Shown here: positions 1 to 12,100 of the stretch, one piece after another
Layout: each line of letters opens with the position of its first letter
How positions within the stretch are numbered: the first letter of the stretch is position 1
Assembly: GCF_902713615.1 (NCBI RefSeq)
Contig: NC_052156.1
Coordinates: 151,220,804-151,284,803, forward strand
Reading direction: 5' to 3'
DNA length: 64,000 nt
Origin: Scyliorhinus canicula
Lineage: Eukaryota
Program-made: the position numbers and the translations under genes
The notes under the pieces: model-generated
Database searches by the model: none
Seen by the model: the letters and a program-made list of their open reading frames with translations, nothing else
What the model was told of the DNA's origin: nothing

Positions 1-137
1 TTGCACATTCTTCCCGTGTTTGCGTGAAATTGTCCCTTAATTGGAAAAAATGAATTGGGTACTCTAAATTTATTTTTAAAAGACTTCATTGCAGTGTTAA
101 TGTAAGCCTACTTGTGACACTAATAAAGATTATTATT
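1..137 (+). mobile_element. 3' remnants of two SINEs (HE1-type tail, then tail of a second tRNA-derived family)
   Basis: aattgtcccttaattggaaaaaatgaattgggtactctaaatt matches the HE1-type tails elsewhere in the window; gcctacttgtgacactaataaag matches the second family. Confidence 0.6.
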
Positions 138-1008
138 GTGAACATGTAAGTTTGTTAGCTCAGTTGGCTTGATGGCTAGAGCATGATACAGAAGAACATC
201 AATGGCCGGGTACAACCGCAACACTGGTAGTCCATTCTCCTCAGCTTGCCCCATGTTGGTGGAGTGGTGACCAACAACCTAATACAACCAATTTTTGTGG
301 ACTATGGCTAATTACCTAAAATTACATTTTGCAAGTCCACTAACGTTTACAGGACGAGGTCTTTTCAGTGTTGCAGTTACTCGCACAATCCACCGTCTCC
401 AATGATCCAGCTGCTTGCAGCAATATGGGACTCCCTGGCTGGTCAGGAAGTGAACCACTAAACCAGAGCCCAAAAGTCAATCTTTTTAATAAGTCTTTTT
501 TTTCTTTCATTTCAGTTATTTTCACAAACACCAGCAGGCCAAACTTCTTTATCCAATGCCATTCATTAATAATAACATTCTGATAACATAGACAGTCATT
601 AACTGCTCTTTTTAATAAGCTGCTTAATGTTCACAGCTTAATAATGGTGTTTAGCTTAATTCAGACTTTCGGAAGACTTTTTCCCTGTTATCTATTTCAA
701 TTTTACTTTAAGTAAATGTGCAGTGTTTCCAATTCGTTCGGCGACCAAAGTCCTTAACTGATAATTCAAGAGATGTGTATCATTTGTGCTTAAGTCATTC
801 AGTTACGAACGATTAAACACAAATCACAAGCATTTGTTTCCATAGTTTCTTTCTTCTCACGTTAGCCTTTGTTCTTTCAGTTTGTAACTAGCTTTGAAAA
901 ATATCAGAAGATGATACTAAAATATATTATATATCATTGTAGTCCACTGCACTACAAAATATTTTACAACAACACCTTATCCTATGTCCCTATTAATACT
1001 TTATATAG

Positions 1009-1082
1009 GAAGAAAAGGAACTCTAGAACAAAAAGGAACTCGAGTTGGTCATGGAAGATTGCACCAAAGGCAAGACAACATG
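1009..1082 (+). CDS. Probable cytoplasmic-tail exon of upstream receptor gene: (G)RKGTLEQKGTRVGHGRLHQRQDNM
   Basis: Acceptor ...ttaatactttatatag| at 1008, donor ATG|gtaaac at 1083. The exon is 74 nt and open in phase 1 to 0. Its phase-0 end matches the phase-0 start of exon 7676. Confidence 0.55.
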
Positions 1083-1164
1083 GTAAACTTAATTTCTAAA
1101 TGTTTATCTGTAAATTAGTGGCCTAACATCTGTTACGAGTTCAAATCAGGATTTTTTGGCAGCC

Positions 1165-1400
1165 ATCAATAAAAAAGTATTAAGTAAAAGCTCTTCATCT
1201 GCCACTGGGCCACATGAAGTAGTGGCTTGGTCTGAGAGGATATGGGCAGCAAGATGTATGATAAGTTCAAGTTGATGGAGGGTGGAAGTTGGGAGCCCAG
1301 CCAGGAAAGCATTGGAATAATCAAGTCTACAGGTTTCAGCAGATGACCAGAAGTAACTGACACCAGGGGTTGACCAGTGGGAGCTGTCACTGGAAGGATA
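1165..1400 (-). mobile_element. Old L2-type LINE ORF2 remnant
   Basis: Minus strand translates to ...RLDYSNAFLAGLPTSTLHQLEL..., typical of the L2 ORF2 C-terminus. Confidence 0.6.
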
Positions 1401-1588
1401 CCAGGTGCTCTTGGATTATTTTAACCACTGACAGTCAGTGGTGCTGGAATAATCTGAAAAAATAAACTACGCAGTAATAGAAAATGATGGAAGAATGTAG
1501 GTAGCAAAATAACAAAATTATATTCAGAGAATATTCAGAACATTTCTTATTACATATCTTTGCAATGACTGATGACTTAAGAGCTGAA

Positions 1589-1915
1589 GCGGCCTCACGG
1601 TAGCATGGTGGTTAGCATCAATGCTTCACAGCTCCAGGGTCCCAGGTTCGATTCCCAGCTGGGTCACTGTCTGTGTGGAGTCTGCACGTCCTCCCTGTGT
1701 GTGCGTGGGTTTCCTCCGGGTGCTCCGGTTTCCTCCCACAGTCCAAAGATGTGCGGGTTAGGTGGATTGGCCATGCTAAATTGCCCGTAGTGTAAGGTTA
1801 ATGGGGGGATTGTTGGGATACGGGTTACGTGGGTTTAAGTAGGGTGATCATTGCTCGGCACAACATCGAGGGCCGAAGGGCCTGTTCTGTGCTGTACTGT
1901 TCTAAGCTTCTAAGC
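1589..1915 (+). mobile_element. HE1-type tRNA-derived SINE
   Basis: tRNA-like head (ggtagcatggtggttagc...ggttcgattccc), conserved core, CR1-like tail gcctgttctgtgctgtac; near-identical copies at 2448 and 16817. Confidence 0.85.
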
Positions 1916-1949
1916 TATGCTTGAAGACCCAAACATAGATTGTTTTCAT

Positions 1950-2177
1950 AGGGGGCGGCACAATTGCACATTGGTTAGCACTGCCTCTCGGCACCGAGGA
2001 CCCGGGTTCAATCCTGGCTCCAGGTCACTGTCCGTGTGGAGTGTTCACATTCTCACAGTATCTGCGTGGGTCTTCCCCTACAACTCAAAGATGTGCAGGG
2101 TAGGTGGATTGGCCAAGCTAAAATTGCCCCTTAATTGGAAAAATAAAGAATTGGGTACTCTAAATTTATTTTTTAAA
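1950..2177 (+). mobile_element. HE1-related SINE (short-tail subfamily)
   Basis: Same core (gtaggtggattggcca.gctaaattgcccc) ending ttaattggaaaa...gggtactctaaattt. Confidence 0.8.
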
Positions 2178-2389
2178 AGCAGATTGTTTTGATAGTACTT
2201 ATTTTGATTGTCATGAGATGTGCAATGTAAGCCATTAATTAGCTCTCTCAAATAGACACTGGTATGTCAAAACAAAGAAAATGAACAAATCAAAATCATT
2301 CCACTCTCTGCTTTCCTCAATTGAAGAGCTCATGCCAAACTGTTCTTTATCTATTGAAAACTTTATCTACTCAAAAATTCCAATAGTGA

Positions 2390-2830
2390 AATGAAAATCG
2401 CTTATTGTCACAAGTAGGCTTCAAATGAAGTTACTGTGAAAGCCCCTGGGGCAGCAGGGTAGCATGGTGGTTAGCATAAATGCTTCACAGCTCCAGGGTC
2501 CCAGGTTCGATTCCCGGCTGGGTCACTGTCTGTGTGGAGTCTGCACGTCCTCCCCCTGTGTGCGTGGGTTTTCTCTGGGTGCTCCGGTTTCCTCCCACAG
2601 TCCAAAGATGTGCGGGTTAGGTGGATTGGCCATGCTAAATTGCCCGTAGTGTCCTAATAAAAGTAAGGTTAAGGGGGGGGTTGTTGGGTTACGGGTATAG
2701 GGTGGATACGTGGGTTTGAGTAGGGTGATCATGGCTCGGCACAACATGAAGGGCCTGTTCTGTGCTGTACTGTTCTATGTTCTATGTTCTAGTCGCCACA
2801 TTCTGGCACCTGTTCAGGGGAGGCTGGTAC
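2390..2830 (-). mobile_element. Second-family SINE (minus) split by an HE1 SINE (2448-2790, plus)
   Basis: ...gttactgtgaaagcccct | HE1 | agtcgccacattctggcacctgttc rejoins to the reverse complement of the family seen at 35356. Confidence 0.8.
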
Positions 2831-2947
2831 AATAGTGTATAAGAACAGCAAATTTGTAAAACGAAAATTCAGAGAAAATCTGAGATAAAACGAGCGCCAA
2901 ATTTAGACTTTAAAAGTCTGCAGATTGTATGAGGAAGGAGGGCTGAG

Positions 2948-5900
2948 GAACAAAGAACAAAGAAAATTATAGCACAGGAACAGGCCCTTCGGCCCTCCCA
3001 GCCTGCGCCGATCCAGATCCTTTATCTAAACCTGTCTCCTATTTTCCAAGGTCTACTTCCCTCTGTTCCCGCCCATTCACATACCTGTCTAGATGCTTCT
3101 TAAATGATGCTATCATGCCCGCCTCTACCACCTCCACTGGTAAAGCGTTCCAGGCACCCACCACCCTCTGCGTAAAAAAACTTTCCTCGCACATCTCCCT
3201 TAAACTTTCCCCCTCTCACCTTGAAATCGTGACCCCTTGTAACTGACACCCCCACTCTTGGGAAAAGCTTGTCGCTGTCCACCCTGTCCATACCTCTCAT
3301 AATTTTGTAGACCTCAATCAGGTCCCCCCTCAACATCCGTCTTTCCAACGAAAACAATCCTAATCTACTCAACCTTTCTTCATAGCTAGCACCCTCCATA
3401 CCAGGCAACATCCTGGTGAACCTCCTCTGCAGCTTCTCCAAGGCATCCACATCCTTCTGGTAATGTGGCGACCAGAACTGCACGCAGTATTCCAAAAGTG
3501 GCCGAACCAAAGTCCTATACAACTGTAACATGACCTGCCAACCATTGTACTCAATACCCCGTCCGATGAAGGCAAGCATGCTGTATGCCTTCTTGACCAC
3601 TCTATCAACTTGCGTTGCGACCTTCAGGGTACAATGGACCTGAACTCCCAGGTCTCTCTGCACATCAATTTTCCCCAAGACCCTTCCATTGACCATATAG
3701 TCCGCTCTTGAATTTGATCTTCCAAAATGCATCACCTCGCATTTGCCTGGATTGAACTCCATCTGCCATTTCTCTGCCCAACTCTCCAATCTATCTATAT
3801 TTTGTTGTATTCTCTGACAGTCCTCCTCGCTATCTGCAACTCCACCAATCTTAGTATCATCTGCAAACTTGCTAATCAGACCACCTATACCTTCCTCCAG
3901 GTCATTTATGTAGATCACAAACAACAGTGGTCCGAGCACGGATCCCTGTGGAACACCACTAGTCACCCTTCTCCATTTTGAGACACTCCCTTCCACCACT
4001 ACTCTCTGTCTCCTGTTGCCCAGCCAGTTCTTTATCCATCTAGCTAGTACACCCTGAACCCCATACGACTTCACTTTTTCCATCAACCTGCCATGGGAAA
4101 CCTTATCAAACGCCTTACTAAAGTCCATGTATACGACATCTACAACCTTTCCCTCATCAATGAACTTTGTCACTTCCTCAAAGAATTCTATTAGGTTTGT
4201 AAGACATGACCTTCCCTGCACAAAACCATGCTGCCTATCACTGATAAGTCTATTTTCTTCCAGATGTGAATAGATCCTATCCCTCAGTATCTTCTCCAAC
4301 AGTTTGCCTACCACTGACGTCAAGCTCATGGGTCTATAATTCCCTGGATTACCCCTGCTACCCTTCTTAAACAAAGGGACAACATTAGCAATTCTCCAGT
4401 CCTCCGGGACCTCACCCGAGCTCAAGGATCCTGCAAAGATATCTGTTAAGGCCCCAGCTATTTCGACCTTCGCTTCCCTCAGTAACCTGGGGTAGATCCC
4501 ATCCGGTCCTGGGGACTTGTCCACCTTAATGTCTTTTAGAATACCCAAAACTTCCCCCTTCCGTATGACAACTTGACCGAGAGTATTTAAACATCCATCC
4601 CTAGTTTAAGGGAGATGTGCGTGGAAAGTTTTTTACGCAGAGGGTGGTGGGTGCCTGGAACGCTTTACCAGCGGAGGTGGTAGAGGTGGACACGATAGCA
4701 TCATTTAAGAAGCATCTAGACAGGTATATGAATGGGCGGGAACAGAGAGAAGTAGACCTTGGAAAATAGGAGACAGGTTTAGATTCTGGATCGGCGCAGG
4801 CTGGGAGGGCTGAAGGGCCTGTTCCTGTGCTGTAATTTTCTTTGTTCTTTGTTCTAGCCTCAACATCCGTCTTGTCCCTCTCCTTTGTGAATACCGATGC
4901 AAAGTATTCATTAAGAATCTCACCTATTTCCTCTGACTCCACGCATAAATTCCCTCTTTTGTCTTTAAGTGGGCCAATCCTTTCTCTAGTTACCCTCTTG
5001 CTCCTTACATATGAATAAAATGCTTTGGGATTTTCCTTAACCCTGTTAGCCAAAGATATTTCATGACCCCTTTTAGCCCTCTTTATTGCGCGTTTGAGAT
5101 TCGTCCTACTTTCCCAATATTCCTCCAAAGCTTCATCAGTTTTGAGTTGCCTCGATCCTATGTATGCTTCCTTTTTCATCTTAGCTAGTCCCACAATTTC
5201 ACCCGTCATCCATGGTTCCCTAATCTTGCCATTTCTACCTTTCATTTTCACAGGAACATGTCTGTCCTGCACTCTAATCAACCTTTCCTTAAAAGACTTC
5301 CACATTTCAAATGTGGATTTATCCTTAAACAGCTGCTCCCAATCCCCATTCCCTAGCTCCTGCCAAATTTTGTTATACTCTGCCTTTCCCCAATTTAGTA
5401 CTCTTCCTTTCGGACCCCTCTTGTCCTTGTCCATGAGTATTCTAAAACTTACGGAATTGTGATCGCTATTCCCAAAGTAATCACCGACTGAAACATCAAC
5501 CACCTGGCCGGGATCATTCCCCAATACCAGGTCCAGTATGGCCCCTTCCCGAGTTGGACTATTTACATACTGCTCTAAAAAACTTTCCTGGATGCTCCTT
5601 ACAAACTCTGCTCCATCTACGCCTCCAACACTACACGAATCCCATTCAATGTTGGGGAAGTTAAAATCTCCCATCACAACCACCCTATTGCTCCTACATT
5701 TTTCTATAATCTGTCTGCATATTTGTACCTCTACTTCATGGTCGCTTTTGGGAGGCCTGTAGTAAAGTCCCAACAATGTTACTGCACCCTTCCTATTTCT
5801 CAGCTCCACCCATATTGCCTCAGTGCTCGAATCCTCCATTGTACCCTCCTTAATCACAGCTGTGATATCATCTCTGATGAGTAATGCAACTCCTCCACCC

Positions 5901-7600
5901 CTTCTACCTCCCTCACTATCCCTCCTGAAGCATCTATACCCTGGGATATTCAGTTGCCAGTCCTGCCCTTCCCTCAACCAAGTCTCAGTAATACCAATAG
6001 CATCATATTCCCAGGTACTGATCCAAGCCCTAAGTTCATCTGCCTTACCTGCTACACTTCTCGCATTAAAACAAATGCACCTCAGACCACCTTTGCGTTC
6101 ATCATCTCTTCCCTGTCTACTCTTCCCCTTAGTCACATTGAGTTTATTGTCTCGTACCTTACTGGCTTGAGTTGCTGCTTCTTTACTGACCTCTAACTTC
6201 CTAATCTGGTTCCCATCCCCCTGCCACATTAGTTTAAAACCTCCCCAACAGTGTTAGCAAAAGCACCCCCTAGGACATTGGTTCCAGTCCTGCCCAGGTG
6301 TAGACCATCCGGTTTGTAATGGTCCCACCGCCCCCAGAACTGGTTCCAATGTCCCAAAAATCTGAACCCCTCCCTCCTGCACCATCTCTCAAGCCACGTA
6401 TTCATTCTGACTATTCTTGAATTTCTACTCTGACTGTCCCGTGGCACTGGTAGCAATCCTGAGATTACTACCTTTTTTGAGGTCCTACTTTTTAAACTTA
6501 TCTCCTAACTCCCTAACTTCTGATTGTAGGACCTCATCCCTTTTTTTACCTATATCGTTGGTGCCTATATGCACCACGACAACTGGCTGTTCATCCTCCC
6601 CCTTCAGTATGTCCTGCAGCCGATCGGAGACATCCCCGACTTGAGCACCCGGGAGGCAACATACCATTCGGGAGTCTCGTTTTCGACCACAGAAACGCCT
6701 GTCTACTCCCCTTACAATTGAATCCCCTATGACTATAGCCCTGCCAGTCTTTTTCCCGCCCTTCTGTGCAGCAGAGCCAGCCACGGTGCCATGAGCCTGG
6801 CTACTACTGCCTTCCCCTGGTGAGTCATCTCCCCCAACAGTATCCAAAACGGTATACCTGTTTTGGAGGGAGATGACCGCAGGGAACACCTGCACTGCCT
6901 TCCTGCTCTTTCTCTGCCTTTTGGTCACCCATTCCCTGTCTCCGTCACCAATCCTAATCTGCGGTGTGACCAACTCACTGAACGTGCTATCCACGACCTC
7001 CTCAGCATCGCGGATGCTCCAAAGTGAGTCCATCCGCAGCTCCAGAGCCGTCATACGGTCTAACAGGAGCTGCAGCTGGACACACTTCCCGTACATGAAG
7101 AAGTCAGGGGCATCGGCCGTGTCCCTGAACTCCCACATTGCGCACGAGGAGCATAACATGGGTCTGGGATCTCCTGCCATTTTTACCCTTTACCTTAACT
7201 GATTACAAATATAGTATCAAATAATTAATAAGTGATAGGAATAAAGATTTTACTTACCGATCACAGTACTCACCAACACACGAAGAGTTAAATTTCTCCC
7301 AGCAACTGCTAATTGGAGCACTTTCCTTGCCAGCCAATCAGGTCACTGCTTTGCTGTGATGTCACCCTTCAAGGTAAGTTTTTAAAGAGATAAACTTAGC
7401 TTCCCGACAACCACGGTTGTTTTTTTTTTGGTTAGAGGAGGGGGTAGGGAGGGAAACACTGAGGAAGTGTTTCAGGTTAAATTGTCACTTGACGACAGCC
7501 CCTTCACAAACCACCTTCAAATTAGGCTGACCGCACTGCACGTATGCAAATCTCCCCGGAACAACCACTCAGTAGCTCCGCTCTGCTGCCCTCTGCTGGA
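2948..7600 (-). mobile_element. Near full-length CR1 LINE: ORF1 (Cys-rich N-terminus + SGNH/GDSL esterase, 7180-6229) and ORF2 (APE endonuclease ~6200-4860, RT 4548-3100), disrupted
   Basis: ORF1 motifs IVIGDSIVR, HIGTND, DGLHL. EN motifs GITETWL, MGDFN, SDH. RT motifs QGSVLGP, FADD. (TTCTTTG)n 3' tail near 2948. The 5' boundary is approximate. Confidence 0.92.
4605..4853 (+). mobile_element. 3'-terminal CR1 fragment inserted antisense inside ORF2 of a same-family element
   Basis: Reverse complement closely matches 2948-3200; CTAG is duplicated at 4601-4604 and 4854-4857. Confidence 0.85.
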
Positions 7601-7675
7601 TCAATAAGATAAGATCAGGAAGAGAAGTACAGAAAAAAAATCCATTTGTATGTCTATGTCTTTCCCATTTTGCAG

Positions 7676-7798
7676 GATGAGAACAACGGGAATAATATCT
7701 GCTATGCAGAACTGAAACTGGGAAACATGAAGAAAGTAAGAAAAAAGGAAGAGGAGATTGTCTACAGTACAGTGCTTTTGTCAAAATCTGGTGAATAG
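7676..7798 (+). CDS. Terminal coding exon of an ITIM-bearing receptor: DENNGNNICYAELKLGNMKKVRKKEEEIVYSTVLLSKSGE*
   Basis: Polypyrimidine acceptor tctttcccattttgcag| at 7675. Phase-0 frame open to TAG at 7796-7798. Two I-x-Y-x-x-L/V motifs 20 aa apart, followed by AT-rich non-repeat UTR-like sequence. Confidence 0.85.
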   Translation, partial: DENNGNNICYAELKLGNMKKVRKKEEEIVYSTVLLSKSGE

Positions 7799-9149
7799 GA
7801 CACACAACAAATAATGACGCATGTCATTCTTTAAACTAGTCACAACAGCAGTGAACTGGAATAACGAAAAGCCAAAACAAATCTTTTGGCAGTGGCACAC
7901 ATCACTGAAATGAAACAGAGCCTTTAACCTTTTGAGGACGAAATGTAATTTGAAATTTGCATATTTGTTAAGTTAAAAATACACAAGAACCATCCGGCAA
8001 AGAACCTTAGATCAAACTGTTGCATCTTTGTCATCATTCTCGCAGTTCTTTTCTCTTGCATTATCTTAGAATTGGGCAGTTAGTTGTGTGTCATAATAAT
8101 ACATTAATGCATATATGTCTATGTGCCCTATGATTGTACATGTTTGCATATAATCACTTATCCAAATATGGGTATGTGCTGTCTGAGTGCTCCATTTGTG
8201 TTTGTGCTGTATTTGTTCTGTCTTGCTGCATTTTCATACTTTGTCTGTGGTCTCTGTGTATGTTACTTATGTCCATGCGTGCATCCCTGTTTGGTACGTG
8301 ATGTGCGATGTTGTATTCTCTGTGCTTTGTAAGTATGTGTTTATGTTTGTGCAGAGTAAATGTTTATAATTAGGTTTGGTCTTTTTGTGTACTGCAGTTT
8401 ATTTTGTAAACTTAAATACATATTTAAATTCTGCATCTAGAATGTAATTTTAAAATTATTATGTAACAAACTTGGGCCAGGATTTTTGCCTGACTCATAG
8501 GTCACTTTGCCAGCACCAACTTGTCCTAGTCATTTTTGGAAAGGGGTTGGGATAGAACGGCTCCCAGCAGCAATTGTCTGGTAGCTTGTTCAGTCAATTA
8601 ACAAGCCATTTAAGGCTAGTATCAGAGGCTAACTGGGTACTTCCAGTTGGGCTGTAGGCCCCTTGTGGCATCAGGATCAAGTCATCTGCCAGGTGACAGT
8701 CTCCCTGCAGCAGCAGGGAGGGCCAGAACTCGGGTAACTTTAAGCTTCCCTCGTCCACCTGGCCACAGCTGTGGCTGCAAACAACTTGTCCGGCAACTGT
8801 GGCCATTTTTTCCTTCAAATGGGTTCGAAGTGCCGAGAGGGTGTCTAAGTGGAAGCACCCTTTTTCTCCCTTATATCAATGGCAGACTAGAACTTCATTA
8901 CTGGAGGGCCTCCTATTGACCTGCTAGTTTAGAGTCCCTGCCGGCCATACTTAATCAGAAGGCAAGTCTGCCCTCTGGCTGCTAATTGGCCAATTCAGTA
9001 AAATTTTGTTTTGGGTTGCTGCTTTTTACAGTGTTGAATCAGGAACTGCATTTGATACCAATATTGGACCCCTGACTGTAAATGGAAAAACCTGCCTTTG
9101 GTACAGTTTCTAAAATATCAGAAAATGTTATATTATCGATTAGTGTGTT

Positions 9150-12100
9150 GGCTTTCTTTTTTTTTTTGGAAATGTTTTTTATTAGTTTTCATATTTTATA
9201 TCTAACAAATTATTAGAAAAAAACACGCAAAAATTAACCTGTATATTTACAGGCAAGCATCTTCACAATAACAACTGTGGCCACCCCCTTTAACCGGCAT
9301 ACATAATTTACATTCCCCAATATGGCCGAGGCACATGTTTATAGGCATTTATTTACTATTTGGTTTTGGGCCTTAGCTTGCCATCAGACTGTCGCTTGTG
9401 GCTTTGTCCTTCCTTTTTTTTTTGGGAATAATTTTTATTCAAGTTTTCAACAACAAATCTTATCACAACAGAGAAAAACAGTAACCCCTCCCCTCCAACA
9501 CAAAAACAAATTAACAAGAAAAAAAAATAAGCATAAAACCATGAGAACAAACCCCCGTAACGAACCCGTACCCCACCCCCCCCCACCCCGGCTACCTTTC
9601 CCCCGATTTCTGTCCATTTTCCCCTGATTCTTGGCCACCCGACTATTCTTCCTCTTGTTCGTTGGCCACAAAGAGGTCCCGGAACAATTGCATGAATGGC
9701 TCCCACGTTCTGTGGAAGCCATCGTCTGACCCTCGGATGGCGAATTTGATTTTCTCCATTTGGAGAGATTCCGAGAGGTCGGACAGCCAGTCTGCAGCTC
9801 TGGGCGGTGCTGCTGACCACCAGCCAAACAGGATTCTATGGCGGGCGATCAGGGAGGCAAAGGCAAGGGCATCCGCCCTCCTCCCCAGGAATAGATCTGG
9901 CTGGTCTGAAACCCCGAAGACCTCCACTATCGGGCATGGCTCCACCCTCACCCCCACCACTTTGGACATAGCCTCGAAGAAGGCTGTCTAGTACTCCACA
10001 AGTCTGGGGCAAGACCAGAACATGTGGGTGTGGTTGGCCGGGCCTCTTTGGCACTATTCACATCTGTCCTCCACCTCTGGGAAGAACCTATTCATACGGT
10101 TTCTTGTTAAGTGGGTTCTATGTACCACTTTTAGTTGCGTCAGGCTGAGCCTTGCGCACACGGAGGTGGAGTTGACCCTATGCAGTGCTTCGCTCCAGAG
10201 TCCCCACCCTATCTCAATCCCCAGGTCATCCTCCCATTTCTTTCTTGTTGCGTCCAGTACGGTGCCAGCCCTTTCTACCAGTCGGTCATACATGTCGCTA
10301 CAGTTCCCTTTATCTAGGATACTTGCGTCCAGTAGGTCTTCCAGTCGTGTCTGTCATGGCGGTTGTGGGTACGTCCTTGTCTCCTTTCGTAAGAAGTTTT
10401 TGAGCTGCAGGTACCGTAGCTCGTTCCCCCTGGCTAGCTGAAATTTCTCTGTCAGTTCGTCCAGTGTTGCGATCCTACCGTCCGTGTATAGGTCCCTGAC
10501 TGTCAGTGTCCCTCCGTCCTGCCTCCACCTTTTGAAGGTGGCATCAGTCAGTGCTGGTGTGAACCTATGGTTGTTGCAGATGGGAGCCTTGTTCGACATT
10601 TTGGTCAGGCCAAATTGCTGCCGCAGTTGGTTCCAGGATTGGAGGGTGGCTGTCACCACTGGGCTGCTGGAGTGTTTTTTGGGTGGGGATGGGAGTGCTG
10701 CCGTGGCGAGGGCCCGGAGGGAGGTCTCCATGCAGGAGGCCTCCTCTGCACGCACCCACTCGGCCTCTGGCTCCTGGATCCATCCCCTTACTCGCTCGGC
10801 TGTTGCCGCCCAGTGGTAGAATTGTAGATTTGGGAGGGCTAGCCCCCCCCAACCCCCTCCCCCTGGATTTTGTTTTTTGTAGGACCTTCTTTGGGATCCT
10901 AGCATTTTTACCCCCGCCCCCCCCCCCCCCCCCCCCCCCCCCCATACGAACGCCATGATTAGTTTGTCCAGCACTTTGAAAAAGGCCTTGGGGATGTAGA
11001 TCGGAATAGATCTAAACAGGAAGAGGAACCTGGGCAGTACGTTCATTTTGATCGTCTGGACTCTCCCCGCGAGGGAGAGGGAGAGTGGGAGTGTGCTCCA
11101 TCTTTGCAGGTCCTTTTTTACTTCCTCCGTCAGACTGGTGAGGTTCCATTTGTGGATCCCTTTCCAGTCATGGGCTATTTGGATCCCCAGGTAGTGGAAT
11201 TTGTGTCGGGCTTGTTTGAACGGCAGCCCCTCCCCCCCTCGCGGGTGTACTGGGAAGATCTCGCTTTTGCTCATGTTGAGTTTGTTGCCCAAGAAGGCTC
11301 CAAACTCTTTCAGGAGCGCAATGATTCCGTCCATGCTGCTCTGTGGGTCCGAGATGTAGAGGAGCAGGTCATCTGCATAGAGTGAGACTCTGTGCTCTCT
11401 GCCTCCCCTTCGGATCCCCCTCCAATTTTTTGCTGCCCTGAGCACGATTGCTAGCGGTTCGATTGCTAGTGCGAACAGCAGCGGGGACAGTGGGCATCCT
11501 TGTCTGGTGCCCCTGTGCAGTTAGAAGTATTGGGGGTTAGCACTGTTGGTCCGTACACTCGCCATGGAAGTGTTGTGTAGGAGCTTTACCCAAGCGGTGA
11601 ACCCTGTTCCAAGCCCAAACCGCTCCAGTACCTCTATGAGGTATTTCCATTTGACTCTGTCGAAGGCCTTTTCTGCGTCCATGGAGACGATCACCTCTTG
11701 TGTTCTCTCCCCGGAGGGGGTCATTATCACGTTCAGCAGGCGCCTGATGTTCGAGGTAAGTTGTCTACCTTTGACAAAGCCCGTCTGGTCCTCTGTGACC
11801 ACCTCAGATACACAGTCTTCTAGCCTTTTGGCTAGGATTTTGGCCAGTATTTTGGCGTCTGCGTTCAGCAGGGAGATGGGTCTGTATGACCCACATTCCG
11901 TTGAGTCTTTGTCTTTCTTGGGTATCAGCGAGATTGAGGCATGTGCTAACGTGGGTGGCAACGTGCCCCTAGCTAGCGAGTCTGTGAACATCTCCCACAG
12001 GTGCTGGGCCAGCGCTGTCGCGAATTTTTTGTAGAAGTCTGCCGGGAATCCGTCCGGTCCCGGCGCCTTCCCCATCTGCATGGAGCTAATGCTCTCCATG

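Noticed and set aside
340-633. Minus-strand open frame of ~97 codons in unique sequence
   Set aside because: No recognisable homology, no ATG or convincing splice sites; lies within an intron of the plus-strand gene.
881-910. 30-nt segment after a good acceptor, ending AGAAG like microexon 62586-62615
   Set aside because: Followed by AT rather than GT, and has a stop in phase 1; no real similarity, so it is not evidence of paralogy.
1589-1660. tRNA-like sequences (also at other SINE heads)
   Set aside because: They are A/B-box heads of SINEs continuing into SINE bodies, not tRNA genes.
10915-10941. Long C/G homopolymers (also ~18767, 19838, 34483, 42374, 48707) giving poly-Gly/Pro ORFs
   Set aside because: Mostly expanded runs inside or next to TEs; lengths may be sequencing artefacts and could explain some frameshifts.
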